DNA of 64,000 nucleotides from Octopus vulgaris (GCA_951406725.2 OX597821.1:96038001-96102000), one strand, 5' to 3'; positions 15,762-29,474 are shown, numbered from the stretch's first letter. The notes: generated from the letters alone by a model not told the origin. Program-made: numbers and translations.

Positions 15762-17424
15762 CATACACACACACACATATATGTACACACAGACGCATAC
15801 ATAGTAAGGCATGTGTGTGTGTGTGCGCATGTGTGCAATCGTGGAAAGAAAGCTTAGAGGAGACAGTAAAAATTTCGGATGATTGTGATGAGGAAGTTGA
15901 TTTATTTTAAACGCTAACCAAACCTCAGTGAAAGAATTTGATTAAAATAATTGTCATATTTGATACAACTGATGGATTAATGGTTAGTTTTATGGTAGTT
16001 TACAAATTAGTGAAGTCTCTATCGAAGGTTTCTTTCTTCATTGTTTTGGATGGTTGATGAGTTAGGAGAAGAGTTGAAAAAAGGTGCAGAAACATCGAAG
16101 ACAATAAATAATAATAGAGTAAAGAAGATGGAAGATAAAAGAGAGGAAGAAGCGAATTATGAAGATGAAAATGAAGTCTGGACAAATGAAGGACAAGCAA
16201 TAGAAAAAAATATAAAACAGCGGAAAACAACAAAACTAAAAAGAAATTTAATGGCCGTTTGAAACGAATGGAAAAATGAGAAAAAAAGAATATCTTTGGT
16301 AGTCGAGATTAAAGACGGCTGCTTTATGTCTTCATTAGCTGGGCATAAAGTTTTGTAGAGAAGTGTCTTAGTAATTATAGCTAAACGTAGTATTAGTAAT
16401 AGTAAAGGCAAGGAAAATATAAATGGTGGAAAAACTAAAAAAAAAAACATAAAAATGTAGGAAATTGTTTATCATTTTACTCTGGAGAGTAAAAACCCCG
16501 TAATTTATTTATGATTCTTTTTCTAACATTTTTTTTTTACTTTTTGTTTAATGAAAAGTTCATTTGCTGGAATGTTGTCGTCTGATAAAACAGTTTGTTT
16601 TAAATTTATTCAGTTGTTTTTTATTCTAGAACATTTGGCGCCGAGACAGGAAAAATATTATCGTTAAGTTTACCTAAAACTAGTCGGCTATAATGGACAG
16701 GATTAAAATACATTCCCCATCACTACGACTATTATCATCATTGTTGTTGTTGGTATTATTATTATTATTATTATTATTATTAGAATTGTTGTTGTTTAGG
16801 CCCGGCTTTGTTTTTATTTCTTATCAATATCCGTTCGTGAAAGATAAACCAACATGAAAACTTGGCCCAAGAGCGAATAACTATCAACTGGGATCGCTGA
16901 CAAATTAGCTGAAGTCCATCAATAAATAAACAGACAAGCAAATAAATAATACGAGCAATAGAAAGTGAGGAAACACTACACATGCACGCGCACACACACG
17001 CAAATACATATATATCTACCTGTAGAGAAGTGTGTTTTTTTTTCTCCTATTTCCCTTATAAACATACACAAACACATATACTCACTCACAAGCATATATG
17101 CATATATAATACCTACATACGTGCATACATACATATATACATACATACACATGCACATATGTATTATATATAAATTTCAAACATTTCAGGTCACCAGAAC
17201 GAAGGAATCCCGAACTGGTCGTGACAGTGAGGTGTTGCTGCTTGAGATGAATGAGTGACATAGAAAAGATATTAGTTGTTACATATAGGAAGGTGTGTTG
17301 AAAAGAACTACAGGGTTGAGATCATTGTTGTTGATTGAGAAAGTTTATATTTATAACGTGTATACACACACACATACACACACAAATATGTGTATCTGTT
17401 TTTCCTTATTTTAACATTTAGAGT

Positions 17425-17630
17425 ATCACCGCATCACTGTCTCACTATCTCGACCAGATTATCGGATGTTGTAATACACCTCTGGTCACAATGCACTTCC
17501 AGTTCTTTTTTGATTGAACCTTTCTTTTTCATGTTGACCCAAATCTTTTAACTAAATCGTCTCTCCATCGTTGTACAGGCCTTCCGAGTGGCTGTTAAGA
17601 ATCTCGTGTACCCATAGGCCGCCAAGAAAC
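17425..17630 (-). mobile_element. RTE-like LINE 3' end whose tail is shared with SINE family 2
   Basis: Minus frame QPLGRPVQRWRDDLVKRFGST*KRKVQSKKNWKCIV, followed by gcattgtgaccagaggtgtattacaacatccgataatctggtcg, which matches about 29530-29575. Confidence 0.6.
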
Positions 17631-18499
17631 CGGATTTAAAAAATATATATAAATATAAGTAATTAAGTAATTCCACTTGCTGTATTACTTCGGCTTACGG
17701 GGATGTCCTAAAGAAAGACCAGTAGAGGGAGAACTAAATTTTCTTTTTTACAAGGAATGTGGGTAGATGTAAATCCAAAGATCAGGTACCCGACGGTATT
17801 GCTAGGTTATTAGTAAATAAAAAAAAAACTCCGGTCTCTTTTACTGAGTTATTAGTCAGTAATTAACTTTAGTCTCTTCAGAATGAAGTATATCCCCAAA
17901 TTAGCGACCGAAAGACTGAGGTCTATAGAACAAATGTCTAAAATTCTTATGTACTAAATAAACATCCGAAGACAGCTCTCTTTCAATTAAAGTCTAAAGT
18001 CTAAAGGCTATGAACTCAAAGGTTAATATAGTGGTTTATCAGATCAACCTATTAATACCTCTAATAAATGAACGTAACGTGTAAATCTGTGGCCTAACAA
18101 ATCTGTGTGAAAACACAATGGGCCTATAAAGTGAACATGCAAATCAATAGTCTGAAGCCAGTGTCAAAAGACTGTTGTCTACATAGCCAACATTTACTGA
18201 GCATGTCCTAACAAATTTATGTATGAACGTTGCTGTCTATGCTCTTTATACCCGACATGTATGCAACAGAAAGTCTATGGTCTTTTTGGTGAACTCTGTA
18301 GTCCATCAAGTCAATGTCTAAAGGTAATGGGCTGCTTAAAATCTAAACAAGGTGTTCTATATAGTTAACTCCTTACAATAGTCGTTTCCCTTTCAACGTG
18401 TAACGTTGGTCTATATGTCGATTCCAACACCACCTTCTTTTTTTGAATTATATAATTCTTTGTAAACAACAACAATCGGAGTTTTGGCAGACTGAGTAA

Positions 18500-18572
18500 T
18501 GACGTCAGCAAAAATATGGCCAATGAAGTTATATATAAACATATAACTACCGGATGTTCGAATGATGACGTT
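18500..18572 (+). promoter_or_regulatory. Cluster of Pol II promoter-like motifs (CRE, CCAAT, TATA, ETS-like, second CRE-like)
   Basis: TGACGTCA 18500-07, CCAAT 18520-24, TATATAAA 18532-39, CCGGATGT about 18550-57, TGACGTTA about 18566-73. Motif matches only. Confidence 0.3.
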
Positions 18573-19640
18573 ACCACTGATATGTCCACTCAGCTTTCTT
18601 CCAGAGCGAATGATACGGTTAAACGGACAATCACAAATGGAGAATGATAGAGCAGCGAAGCATAACACCCGGCAACTCTGTCACTCGGTAGGGTCAGCAT
18701 AGTTACAACTGTCAAAATCCTCAACTATAGAAGGAACTGTCTAACCCTAAGACGAGCACACTCTCATTTTCACAGTAATATTCTTGCTAAACTCTTTACA
18801 CACACACTATTAGAACTTTCCGATGTTACCGTGTTATTTTTCCTTCAAAGTTGCGTCCAATACAAACTTGTAACAAGGAACAGAAGATGAATCGAAAACG
18901 AACAACTACTCTTCTCATTCATTCCTTTCATCTCATTCATTTTATTGTTAAAAATGTATAAAAGTTGTAGTGTCACTGTGTCATGATCTGAAGTTTGTAG
19001 TCTGTCTAAAACGCTTAAATCATGTGATATATCTATTCAATATCTGAACGCTGCTATATATCTACATGATATCTAATGCATAAAGACTTCTATAATGATA
19101 TGGTCATTTAGTCAATGACTAAATGTTACTGTTTATCTAGAGGTCGCTGTTTAACAACGAATGTTTGTGGATGACTGAAAAAGTGTCATCTATATAGCAT
19201 ATACAAGATTTCAACATTTAAAGGCTGCAGTATATTCAATGAGTATCTGCAAACAATAGGCATTTAAGCGATACTTAAAAACTATGGTCTATGTAGTGAA
19301 CGCTAAAAAATATCTGAGAGATTTTTGTGTGTAAATCTGCGCATAAAGCCCATGTTCTTTAAATCAAAGTTAGAAGTCTTTAGGACGTGTAATTTATACA
19401 CATTTCAAGAACGTGGTTTGATTATTCACGGTTTGATGGTCACAACGGTCTTTCAATCACCATCAGACTCTGTCTATATATTTATTTATCAATCTATCCA
19501 TGTACTTTACTCCACCCTCCCTCCTTCTCCATCCATCCATCCATCCATCCATCAATCCATCCATCCATCCATCCATCCATCCATCCATCCATCCATCCAT
19601 CCATCCATCCATCCATCCATCCTATCTATCTATCATATCA

Positions 19641-19720
<80 letters not shown>

Positions 19721-20256
19721 GCTGTCATTAGTAAATGTCTAACGGCTTCTACAACGAATATATTTTTGCCTCTTACAATATGTCAGCTGTTTCCGTTAAA
19801 TTCTATTTTCGCTAGATTCGATGACCAAAGCGAAAAAATACATTCAAATTTAGACTACATTGAATATATAAAATATAGATAAAAACAGGAATCAATCAAT
19901 TAAAATAAAATGTCTGTAGTGATTTTCTGAATAAAAAATTAACAAAGCAATATGTTTTCATATACGTATACATATATAGAAGTATATATTTATAATCTAT
20001 CAATATATACCAACGTATATTTACACACACACACACACACACATATATACATGCATATGCATATACAGATAGAAGCATGCATGTGTGAGTAAGAAGGAGA
20101 GGAAAGTACTCGACAATAAAATAGTTATATAACTTATTTTATTGACAGCTGAAACTCCACAGAACACTACTTCACATTCTTCTATTTGCAATCTTGGGAC
20201 TACATCCCAATAAAGGAGAAATTTACTCTAATAGCCCGTGAAGTTTCCAATTCCAA

Positions 20257-20294
<38 letters not shown>

Positions 20295-20328
20295 TTTGTA
20301 GAAAACATAGATCCGAAAGGAGCACACT

Positions 20329-20383
<55 letters not shown>

Positions 20384-20391
<8 letters not shown>

Positions 20392-20560
20392 ATATTTCGG
20401 AATGGTCATTTTGCCAGTTTAGCCAATAAAAACACACGCACTATATATAGTGCGTGTGTTTTTATTGGCTAAACTGGCAAAATGACCATTCCGAAATATA
20501 ACAATATCTGTTTCAACACACGACTTCACATAAAAAATCTTGCACACCAAATATTTAAAC

Positions 20561-20561
<1 letters not shown>
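20384..20561. repeat. Perfect 124-bp spacer-less palindrome (20384-20507) formed by two tail-to-tail element ends in (TA)n
   Basis: atattgttatatttcggaatggtcattttgccagtttagccaataaaaacacacgcactata|tatagtgcgtgtg...acaatat. Each arm has AATAAA near the TA centre; the right copy extends to about 20561. Confidence 0.85.
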
Positions 20562-20622
<61 letters not shown>

Positions 20623-20624
20623 AT

Positions 20625-21580
20625 ATAGTATCAGTTAGGAACGAGGAAGTATTGAAAGCAGAGAAAAAAGGTGAAACGAAGGAAGAAGTACAAAAAGGAC
20701 ACGAAGAAAAATGACGCAAGAAGGGACTACTCAAGGTATTCCATGTAGCCAAAACAGAAGTTGCTGGAAAAAATAGGTGAGATTGGTTGAAGAAAGTGAC
20801 ACTAAAATAAGAGACCGAGAGCACTGTGCTGGCAGCGCAAGACCAAGCTTTGGACGGTGAACCTTTGGAATAAGCAATGTGTCTCCGCTGTGCCGCATCT
20901 GCAACAGAGTGGATGAAACCATTGCCCATATCACAAACGAATGCCCTAGACTGCTCAAAAACCATTACAACTTATGGCAGTATGATCAGGTAGCGAAAGA
21001 ACTACTTTCTTTCGCTACCTGATCATACTGCCATACTTTGGAAACTGTACGAAAAGTGGGTGCTATAGAGGGGCAAAATGTGGTATGAACACAAACCACA
21101 GAGAGTGACAGAGCCGGAGACTAGAAATGTCCTCTGGAATTTCCCAATCCAAACAGATTAGACGCTAGAGCATAACAGACCGGACCTAGTGTTGGTCAAC
21201 AAGATGCACCATAAGTGCTATATAGTTGATATTGCACGCCCCTTCGACCCACAAATAGTCAGAAGGCAGGTGAAAAGGTAGATTGATACAACCCTCTTAA
21301 GTACGAAATAGCTCGGTTATGGAAAATGTAGACAGTGAAGATAGTGCCAATTATTTTTGGGTCCTTGGGAACAGTATCAGATGGCATCAAAAGGAATATC
21401 AAGGAAAATGGAATAGAGTGCCCAGTAGAATTGTTACAAAAGGCTTGCCTCCAAGACGCGACCAGAATAATCCGGAAAGTATTAGATAGTCGAAATGAAC
21501 GAATAACATGGGACCGTTGGCTGCAGGTAGCAAGCCCGCTACACATGCGAAGCTCCAGGAGTTCCAAAAATAACTGTGAT
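20625..21580 (+). mobile_element. 5'-truncated, decayed RLE-type non-LTR retrotransposon (R4/Dong-like)
   Basis: Broken frames give ETESTVLAAQDQAL, CRICNRVDETIAHITNEC (CCHC knuckle), NRPDLVLV...IVDIARPFD (PD-(D/E)xK endonuclease) and LQKACLQDATRIIRKVL. Contains stops and frameshifts; (TAA)n tail. Confidence 0.85.
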
Positions 21581-21611
21581 AGTAGTAATAATAATAATAA
21601 TAATAATAATG

Positions 21612-21697
<86 letters not shown>

Positions 21698-21698
<1 letters not shown>

Positions 21699-22004
21699 TC
21701 GTAGGAGCACTAGGAATGATCAAGAAGGGAACCGAAAATTATATGAGAATGATCCCTGGCTTACCATCCCAGCAAGAAGTGCAAAAGATCGTCTTAACTG
21801 GTACATCACACGTATTGAGAAGAGCATTGTCGATGTGAGAACTGTTGCTGCTCATGTATTTTAATTTAACTTTAAAAAAAAAAAAAATTAACGAACTACT
21901 GAGTTTGGTTTAATGGCCTACCAATATACACTATGAGTTTCTTTGCCCTAGGAGTCGAGAAGACACTCGGCAAGAAATGGAAGAAAATTTGAAAGAAGAA
22001 AAAA

Positions 22005-22005
<1 letters not shown>
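21698..22005 (+). mobile_element. Very short 3' fragment of a second R4/Dong-like LINE inside (TAA)n
   Basis: IVGALGMIKKG...QKIVLTGTSHVLRRALSM* (ends 21838), then 3' UTR and (TAA)n. Confidence 0.8.
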
Positions 22006-22054
<49 letters not shown>

Positions 22055-22060
22055 TAATAA

Positions 22061-22274
22061 TCTTTTCTCCTGGAAGCACAAGGCCTCAAATTTGGGGGAA
22101 GAGATTAAGTCGATTACATCGACTTCAGTGCGTAACTGGTAGTTATTTAATCGACCCCGCAAGGATGAAAGGCAAAGACGACCTCGGAGGAATTTGAACT
22201 CAAAACCTAAGGCCGGACGAAATACCGCTAAGCATTTTTTTCCGGCGTGCCAACAATTCTGCCAGCTCGTTGCC
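22061..22274 (-). mobile_element. SINE family 1
   Basis: Full-length reverse copy. Confidence 0.85.
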
Positions 22275-22464
22275 GACTGATATTTTATAATATTAAAGGT
22301 CGACCAACAACGGTAATTCAATATATTACAATGGAAATGGCGATACTAGACCCAGTAAATTAAATGCACTCCCTAAGTTTCCTAAGTCAAAGTATCAGTA
22401 CACACTCCGTCGTCGTCATCATCGTCATCTTGGTCATAATCATAGACGGCGTCGTCGTCGCTGC

Positions 22465-22513
<49 letters not shown>

Positions 22514-22891
22514 GTTATCATCGTCACCATCATGATAATTATCTTCATTATCAATCCTTAGGTTATTCATATCATTTGCATTATGCATCATTGATCCAGT
22601 GTAATGTTATTGGCGACATATTGGCCAACATATACATTAAATAAAAAATAAATATCTAAAATACAATAGCATGATATCAAAATATATCATCTCCGTCGTC
22701 GCCTTCGTCGTCATCATCATTATCATCATCACCATCATCACCATCATCGACGGCGTTAACATCTCATTTTCGGGCTGACTTTCGTCTTTTCCTGGTTGAT
22801 TTATTAAAGAAACAGCGAAATACTGAATTTGATTTAACCGACAATAAACCTCCTCCTTTTCACATTTGTCATATAACGGTCTGTGTTACAC

Positions 22892-23107
22892 CTGGCACAA
22901 TCGGTGGTACAACGGATGCAATGCTTAGCGGTATTTCGTCTGCCGCTACGTTCCGAGTTCAAATTCCGCCGAGGTCGACTTTGCTTTTCATCCTTTTGAT
23001 AAATTAAGGACCAGTTACGCACTGGGGTCGATATAATCGACTTAATACGTTTGATGTCCTTGTTTGTCCTCTATGTGTTTAGCCCCTTGTGGGTAGTAAA
23101 GAAATAG
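22892..23107 (+). mobile_element. SINE family 1, alternative 3' tail
   Basis: Same head and central domain, but tail gtttgtcctctatgtgtttagccccttgtgggtagtaaagaaata. Confidence 0.8.
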
Positions 23108-23579
23108 GTATTTCCTTTGCTTATTTTTATGTCTTGAGTACAAATCTCACCTGAGTCAACTTAGGCCTTTCAACTTACTTTCTTCACTCAATTCCATAAC
23201 TTAGTAGTCAGGTAGAGGAGTCGATTTCATCATCCGTTCCATTTTATACTTGAACGACAATTATTTTATTCTTCCCAGTTTACTGAAAACAAACGCAGAA
23301 GTTTAAAAGAATGTGATTAAATTCTTTAAGCTATTTAGCTCGGCGCTGTAACGTGCCCATTCGAATAATAGATGGAATTTGGCCGTTTGTAGTGTATAAT
23401 AGATCACTTGATTATAAAGTATAGTGAAATAGTGAGCGTATCTAATTTGGTCGAGGATTAAGGGACTAAAGAAGAGTACCATCAACGAGGTTTTAATTTT
23501 GTTACAGACTAAATGCTTATTTAGTCGGACGCACTGCAATTTTTGATTCCTCATCCTTATCTTTCTGTAATCCGTAAGA

Positions 23580-23930
23580 AATATTGGTTTAAATTTTAGC
23601 ACAAGACCAGTAAATTCAAGGGTAGAGTAAGATAATTACGTCAACCCCAGAGCTCTACTAGTACTTATTTTATCGACCACGAAAAGCTAAGCATTTTATC
23701 GGGAAGTCTAACGATTCTGTTATAAAAAAATATTGATTTCAAATTTTGACACAAAGTCAGTTTATTCGGTTAAGGGGTAAGTCGATTATATTGAACCCCA
23801 GTGTTCAACTGATATTTATATCATCGACCAAAACAGGATGAAAGGCAAAGTCGACCACGGCGGAATTTGAACTCAGAACGTAAAGACAAACGAAATGCTG
23901 CTAAGCAGTTTGACCGACGTGCTAACGACT
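23580..23930 (-). mobile_element. Two adjacent SINE family 1 copies
   Basis: Partial 23580-23720 and near-full 23731-23930. Confidence 0.75.
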
Positions 23931-24149
23931 GGTTGTGAGAAAATATTGATATTAGTAAAGTTGTATTATGACAAAGAAGCAAACTAAAAAAAAAATATTT
24001 AGGTCATGAAAAGTTCTTTTGTTTTTAAAACCAAATTCAGGAAATACGTAAATAGACATACACGCGCATAAGCACGCATACAGAAACACGTACACATATA
24101 TGATACAAAGGTGACGGAAATAGCAACTCAAAGACGAATTAAAAATAAA

Positions 24150-24270
24150 TACCATAGAGTGGTATTAGCTTGACGTCCAGGAAATGAAAAAAAAAAAAAA
24201 AGATCAGAAGGAAATGTTTTTAACGTTTCGACGGTACGATCTTTTTCTGAAAGACAGAATAAAAAAATAA
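24150..24270 (-). mobile_element. Old, diverged copy of family A PLE-like fragment with decayed hammerhead
   Basis: Minus strand GUCUUU-CAGAAAAA-GAUCG-UAC-CGUC-GAAA-CG-UU-AAAAAC (24216-24255), followed by catttcctggacgtcaagctaatac, which resembles tattcctgagcgccatactaatac of the other copies. Confidence 0.4.
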
Positions 24271-24760
24271 GAGAATCCAAACTGAAGATATAGAAACGCA
24301 GTGTAACCAACAGTCATATATGAAATATAACGAGCTTTCGCATCGTATCCTGCTACCGAAATCCTGTCAGAAGATATTTGTCAAATCTAAGATGCCATAC
24401 ATTGAGGTTGAACTTAGAAACCTGTGGTTGCGAAGCAAACTTCTTAACTATACGGCCATGCTTTTCCCAATTATCAGCCGGCAAATAAGCAAGTAAATAG
24501 ATAAATAAATACATAAATTGTTACATCTATAAGCATGTGTCCATCGAGTATATGTTCTGACGTCTTATCTGACAATCCTTGTCTAGTTAATGATTTTTAG
24601 AAGAGAGCGTGATAATCCCACCTAAGTTTTCTGACAACACTGATGAATAAATAATAGAAAGCCTGTCTGAAACACACGCATTAAGTATTTTATTTCGACT
24701 TCCATTTCTAAAGTCTCCGATCTCTGATCAATCGCGTATTTGTTGACACCATATATATAT

Positions 24761-24822
<62 letters not shown>

Positions 24823-24823
24823 T

Positions 24824-24865
<42 letters not shown>

Positions 24866-24901
24866 AACATACATATATGTGCGTGTGTGTGTGTGTGTCT
24901 G

Positions 24902-24965
<64 letters not shown>

Positions 24966-25033
24966 CACATTAATAATTGCATACATATATATATATGTAT
25001 GTAAGTGTGTATATATATATATATATATATTTA

Positions 25034-25158
25034 TAAGTATATAATTATAAAAATATAATTGTATTTGAGGGCCAACGCCTATACGCTAGAACTAGATGTA
25101 TAGGCTTTGGCACTTCAGAGCCCTTAATTATAATTATATTTTTATAATTATATACTTA
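25034..25158. repeat. Nested hairpin element between (TA)n tracts
   Basis: Outer arms taagtatataattataaaaatataattgtatttgagggc / gcccttaattataattatatttttataattatatactta; inner stem gccaa.gcctatac / gtataggc.ttggc. Confidence 0.7.
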
Positions 25159-25270
25159 AAAATTAATTTTACCGATTTAGTGGGGTTTTTTATACGCTAG
25201 CCACTGATATAATGATTTTAATGACTATTTTTTCAATTTATATGTATATATTTATATATATCAGAGTATG

Positions 25271-25323
<53 letters not shown>

Positions 25324-25328
25324 ATTCA

Positions 25329-25404
25329 CTCGCCTGCACACAAGGCACTCGGCTGCATAGAAGGCACTCGCCAACACACAAGGCGCTCGCCTACACACAG
25401 GGTA
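25329..25404 (+). repeat. 19-bp minisatellite, 4 copies
   Basis: ctcgcctgcacacaaggca / ctcggctgcatagaaggca / ctcgccaacacacaaggcg / ctcgcctacacacagggta. Confidence 0.85.
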
Positions 25405-28400
25405 TTTTTCCCAAATAGTAGACATTTTCTTTATATTAATATCAATTCCCAGTAAGAAGTGACAGCGAGATAAGCACACTGGCAAACAATTTGGCCAGAA
25501 ATTGCTAAGATGAATAGCGCTGGAGGCATCGAATTCTAAAACGATAAATGTATTTCTACGAACTATAACTGCATTTTAAAACACTTCGCAATTTTATTTT
25601 AAAATAGTTGTACTTTATAAATGCTTTTTGTATTTGAAAATGATATCCTTTCACACATACATACACACACAAAAACGCACACACACACACACAATATCTC
25701 AGACATGTATGTATGTATGCATGTATGTATGTATGTATGTATGTATGTATGTATGTATGTATGTATGTATGTATGTATGTGTGTATGTATGTATGTATGT
25801 ACGTAAGTAAGTATGTATGTATGTATGTATGTATGTATGTATGTATGTATGTATGTATGTATGTATATGAAACAATTGCTACCTTTCTTTTTCATATTGC
25901 GCAATCACTAATTGTATTTTCAAGCGGCTTTTCGTATCTGCCTTAAAAAAAATCTGGCAATTATATTTTAAAATAATAATAAAATTTGAAAATAACAGTT
26001 GTATTTTAAAATTACATTTACATATAATATGTTAAAAACAAAAATATCATTAGCATTGATTTCTCTTCTTTTACCTTTGATTCCCTGCTAAACGTTAAGT
26101 GTGTTTTTAAACGAAACTAAGTTTCACAAAATAGTATAACAATTTTTTTTATATAACATTCTCATTCTCTGTCTCTCTAAAGAGACGTATAGAAGCAAAT
26201 AAAAAAACAAACAAACAAAAAGAACAACAAAAAACAAAATGAAATTAAGGAAACGAACTAAGAGTTGATGTAGGCTCAATAATTGACGAATTGATGAATG
26301 AAGACTGAATTGAACAATAAATCCCAAATGACCTTCATTTTATTTTCGACAGGATCTATGAGAAGAACTCTAAATAAGGGATATTCTAAGCCTGTAATCA
26401 GAACAGAGGAGAGGAAGACAAAGAAAGTAAAGAAAGAAAGAGAGAAAGAGAAGGAGGAGAGAAGCGTAATGGCTGGGTTAGTCACAATAAAATTGTAGAT
26501 TCTATGAAATCTGTTGCATATATCAAATGATTCCTCACAGTCTTGTGAATAAAAGGAATCGTGTCATTTTGTCTGATTACAATTTCTAGTGTCTTTCTAG
26601 GTGAAGCTGAAGAAGAATAACACCATTCTTCGTTTGAACAATCGACAACTCACCTCTAAGATACTGAGATGTCGTTGAAAGATTTGATAAAGTATCTTGT
26701 CAAAGCATCTTAAAGACACACACACAAACACACGCATGCACACACACGTACACACACATACACACATGAAAAATACATATATATGTATATATATTTGAGT
26801 GACACACACGCATGTACATACAAATATGTAAATGCATTATGTATGGGTGGATGTATAGATGCATATACGTTCGGGAGTATATTGTGTATGTCTGTGGAAA
26901 TTGTCTATCTTGTTACTTCGAATTGTGAAAGACTCACTTGACCTTACCATGATATACAATAAAACTTCTCTCGCTATTCAGACTATACTATTTCATAAAT
27001 AAAAAACGTCGAGCGTTCTCTTATCTCCTGCATCCTTTTAACAAAAGATGATAGAAAACATGTAGGTTTTAATTGATAAGTTGGTCATTGCAGCTAATAA
27101 AGTTGAGCTTTATTATCAACAGTTGAAATAATTCAAAGCTACTCTACAATTGTAGTATGAAAGACGTCGTTGCTCGAAGACAAGCCCTTTCACAACTGCA
27201 GATCTTCCACCGTGCCAGATTCTGAGACATATTGACTAAAATCTTTCTGCATTCGGTCATCATAAGATGGAACACACTTCTGGTGACAGAGTATAAAGGT
27301 CATGTACCCATGTTCTTTGGCTCTCCTGAAAATTCATTGACCCCTCTAAGTGGCTTCCCGAATCTCTCTTTGAATTCACTTATCCAACGAAGGCTATTAT
27401 TCACGAATATAGTTAAATATGTAATTACACTAAGACAAACCAGGCGAATATCTTCTTAACTTGTATTTACTTTGTAATTCAAGAGTATGAACAGTACGAA
27501 ATTTCTTTCACTGTTTGTCACCACCAACGCTGGGCGACCACTAATGCTGCGGATAAGTTTCTGTATTTTTAACACTTTGTCTTTAAAGCATAATTTCTTA
27601 AGACGAATACCGCAATTTAGAAGACTTTAACAAATACACACTTTAAGTATGCATGCACATCGCTGATCTACACTAGGTTTCAACAGCCTGGAAGGAATGA
27701 GATCTTCAAAATAAAATACATTCACCTTTATAGACAGCAGCAATTGTGAAGTGTAAAACACTTTCAATTACATTGGTTCACTTGGCATTGTACTTAACAA
27801 ACCCGAAAGAACGAAGCTAAAGATTAAATAAAAAACTAAAGTGTATTAAAGTGTATTAAAGGCACATTTTACGTATTAATAGTATATCTATAGTGGGTAT
27901 GCCTTGTGCAGGTCACCGATTAGATTAAAAAATATAGACGAGATATGTAGGTACCAGACTTCCAATCTGCAAGTTTCTAATTGGACTATGTAAAGTGATT
28001 AAAGAACAATTTGTTTTTAGATTCTAGCAGCCTTTGAAAGAAAAAGAAAAGAAGATATCTTATCTTAATTATGAGAAGCCATAACAAGCTATCCACTGTT
28101 TTATCATAACATTTCAGAATGTTTTTCCTGGACAGAAAACAACGTATTAAATTTCTCAAGCAAATTGTGTGTGCTATCAATGAATCTATTTCTGGAGTTG
28201 CTGTAAAACTCAAAGTACAAAAGACAGAGGTTTTGTCATCATATCCTGTAGTGTGTCTCGTTTTTGTCATTTGTTATTAATTCCAGTATCGTAATATGTA
28301 CATAGAGAATAGATGTTTGTCTCGTCCTAATGAAATTTAAATAATTGGCGTATACTGCGCTTAGAAAGCATGCTAACGGTTACCTTTAGCAGGTAACGTC

Positions 28401-28870
28401 TCAAAAGATACATAGCTATCATCACACAACTAACACAAGTTAACATATACAAATTATTCTTTTTATTTTTTCCCATTAATATTTGATGTTCCTTGTACTA
28501 GCTTCGGCTGTACACATTATAAATTTATTTGATGTACATCCCCCCCACACACACATGCACGAATTTGTATATAGACACTTATAAAGATTTGGCCTGGATC
28601 CTCAAACGTGGTATTGTTTACAGCGTTACGTGTATTGTATTTGATAGTTTCCAACTTTGAAGATATCAGAAGCCGATCTATTAAGTATATATGCGTTATA
28701 AATACATAATTATCTCTAATTTTGTCCATTATTATATCTCATTATGTATGTATTTATGTATGTACGTATGTATGTGTATGATGTATGTATATAGGTATGT
28801 ATCTATCAATGCATATACATATTTATGTACATATTTGTATATATATATATATATATATATATACATACAG

Positions 28871-28907
<37 letters not shown>

Positions 28908-28912
28908 CACAC

Positions 28913-28943
<31 letters not shown>

Positions 28944-29154
28944 CATGCATGCATAACGGAGTTTGGATAGATTCCTTCAAGGAATACCAGATAAGCCACC
29001 CATAATTGGATACAACTCACCCAACAAAAACTCACTACTTGAATGGACCATAAACAAAACTTGACTTAAACAGGATTCAAATAATCCTATCAGGTGGTGC
29101 TATTAAGTTAGACATGGCCTTGACCAATCTTTGGTCAAAACATATCTAAGTTTA

Positions 29155-29195
<41 letters not shown>

Positions 29196-29265
29196 CGTGT
29201 ATATGTATATAGGTATGTATCTATCAATGCATATACATATATATACATATTTATATACATATTTG

Positions 29266-29297
<32 letters not shown>

Positions 29298-29436
29298 TAT
29301 ATATGTATATATGTATATATACATATATATAAACATTTACATGTATTCATATATATATATATATTTATAAATGTACATACATATATACATATATGTATAT
29401 ACACACATAAGAGAGACTTAATAATTTTGATATTTC

Positions 29437-29470
<34 letters not shown>

Positions 29471-29474
<4 letters not shown>

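Noticed and set aside
16041-16262. Acidic/lysine-rich 73-aa ORF
   Set aside because: Purine-rich low-complexity sequence without domain or splice support.
24685-24735. Minus-strand GACUU...AAGUC-GAAA stem
   Set aside because: No recognisable CUGANGA-type core or stem I.
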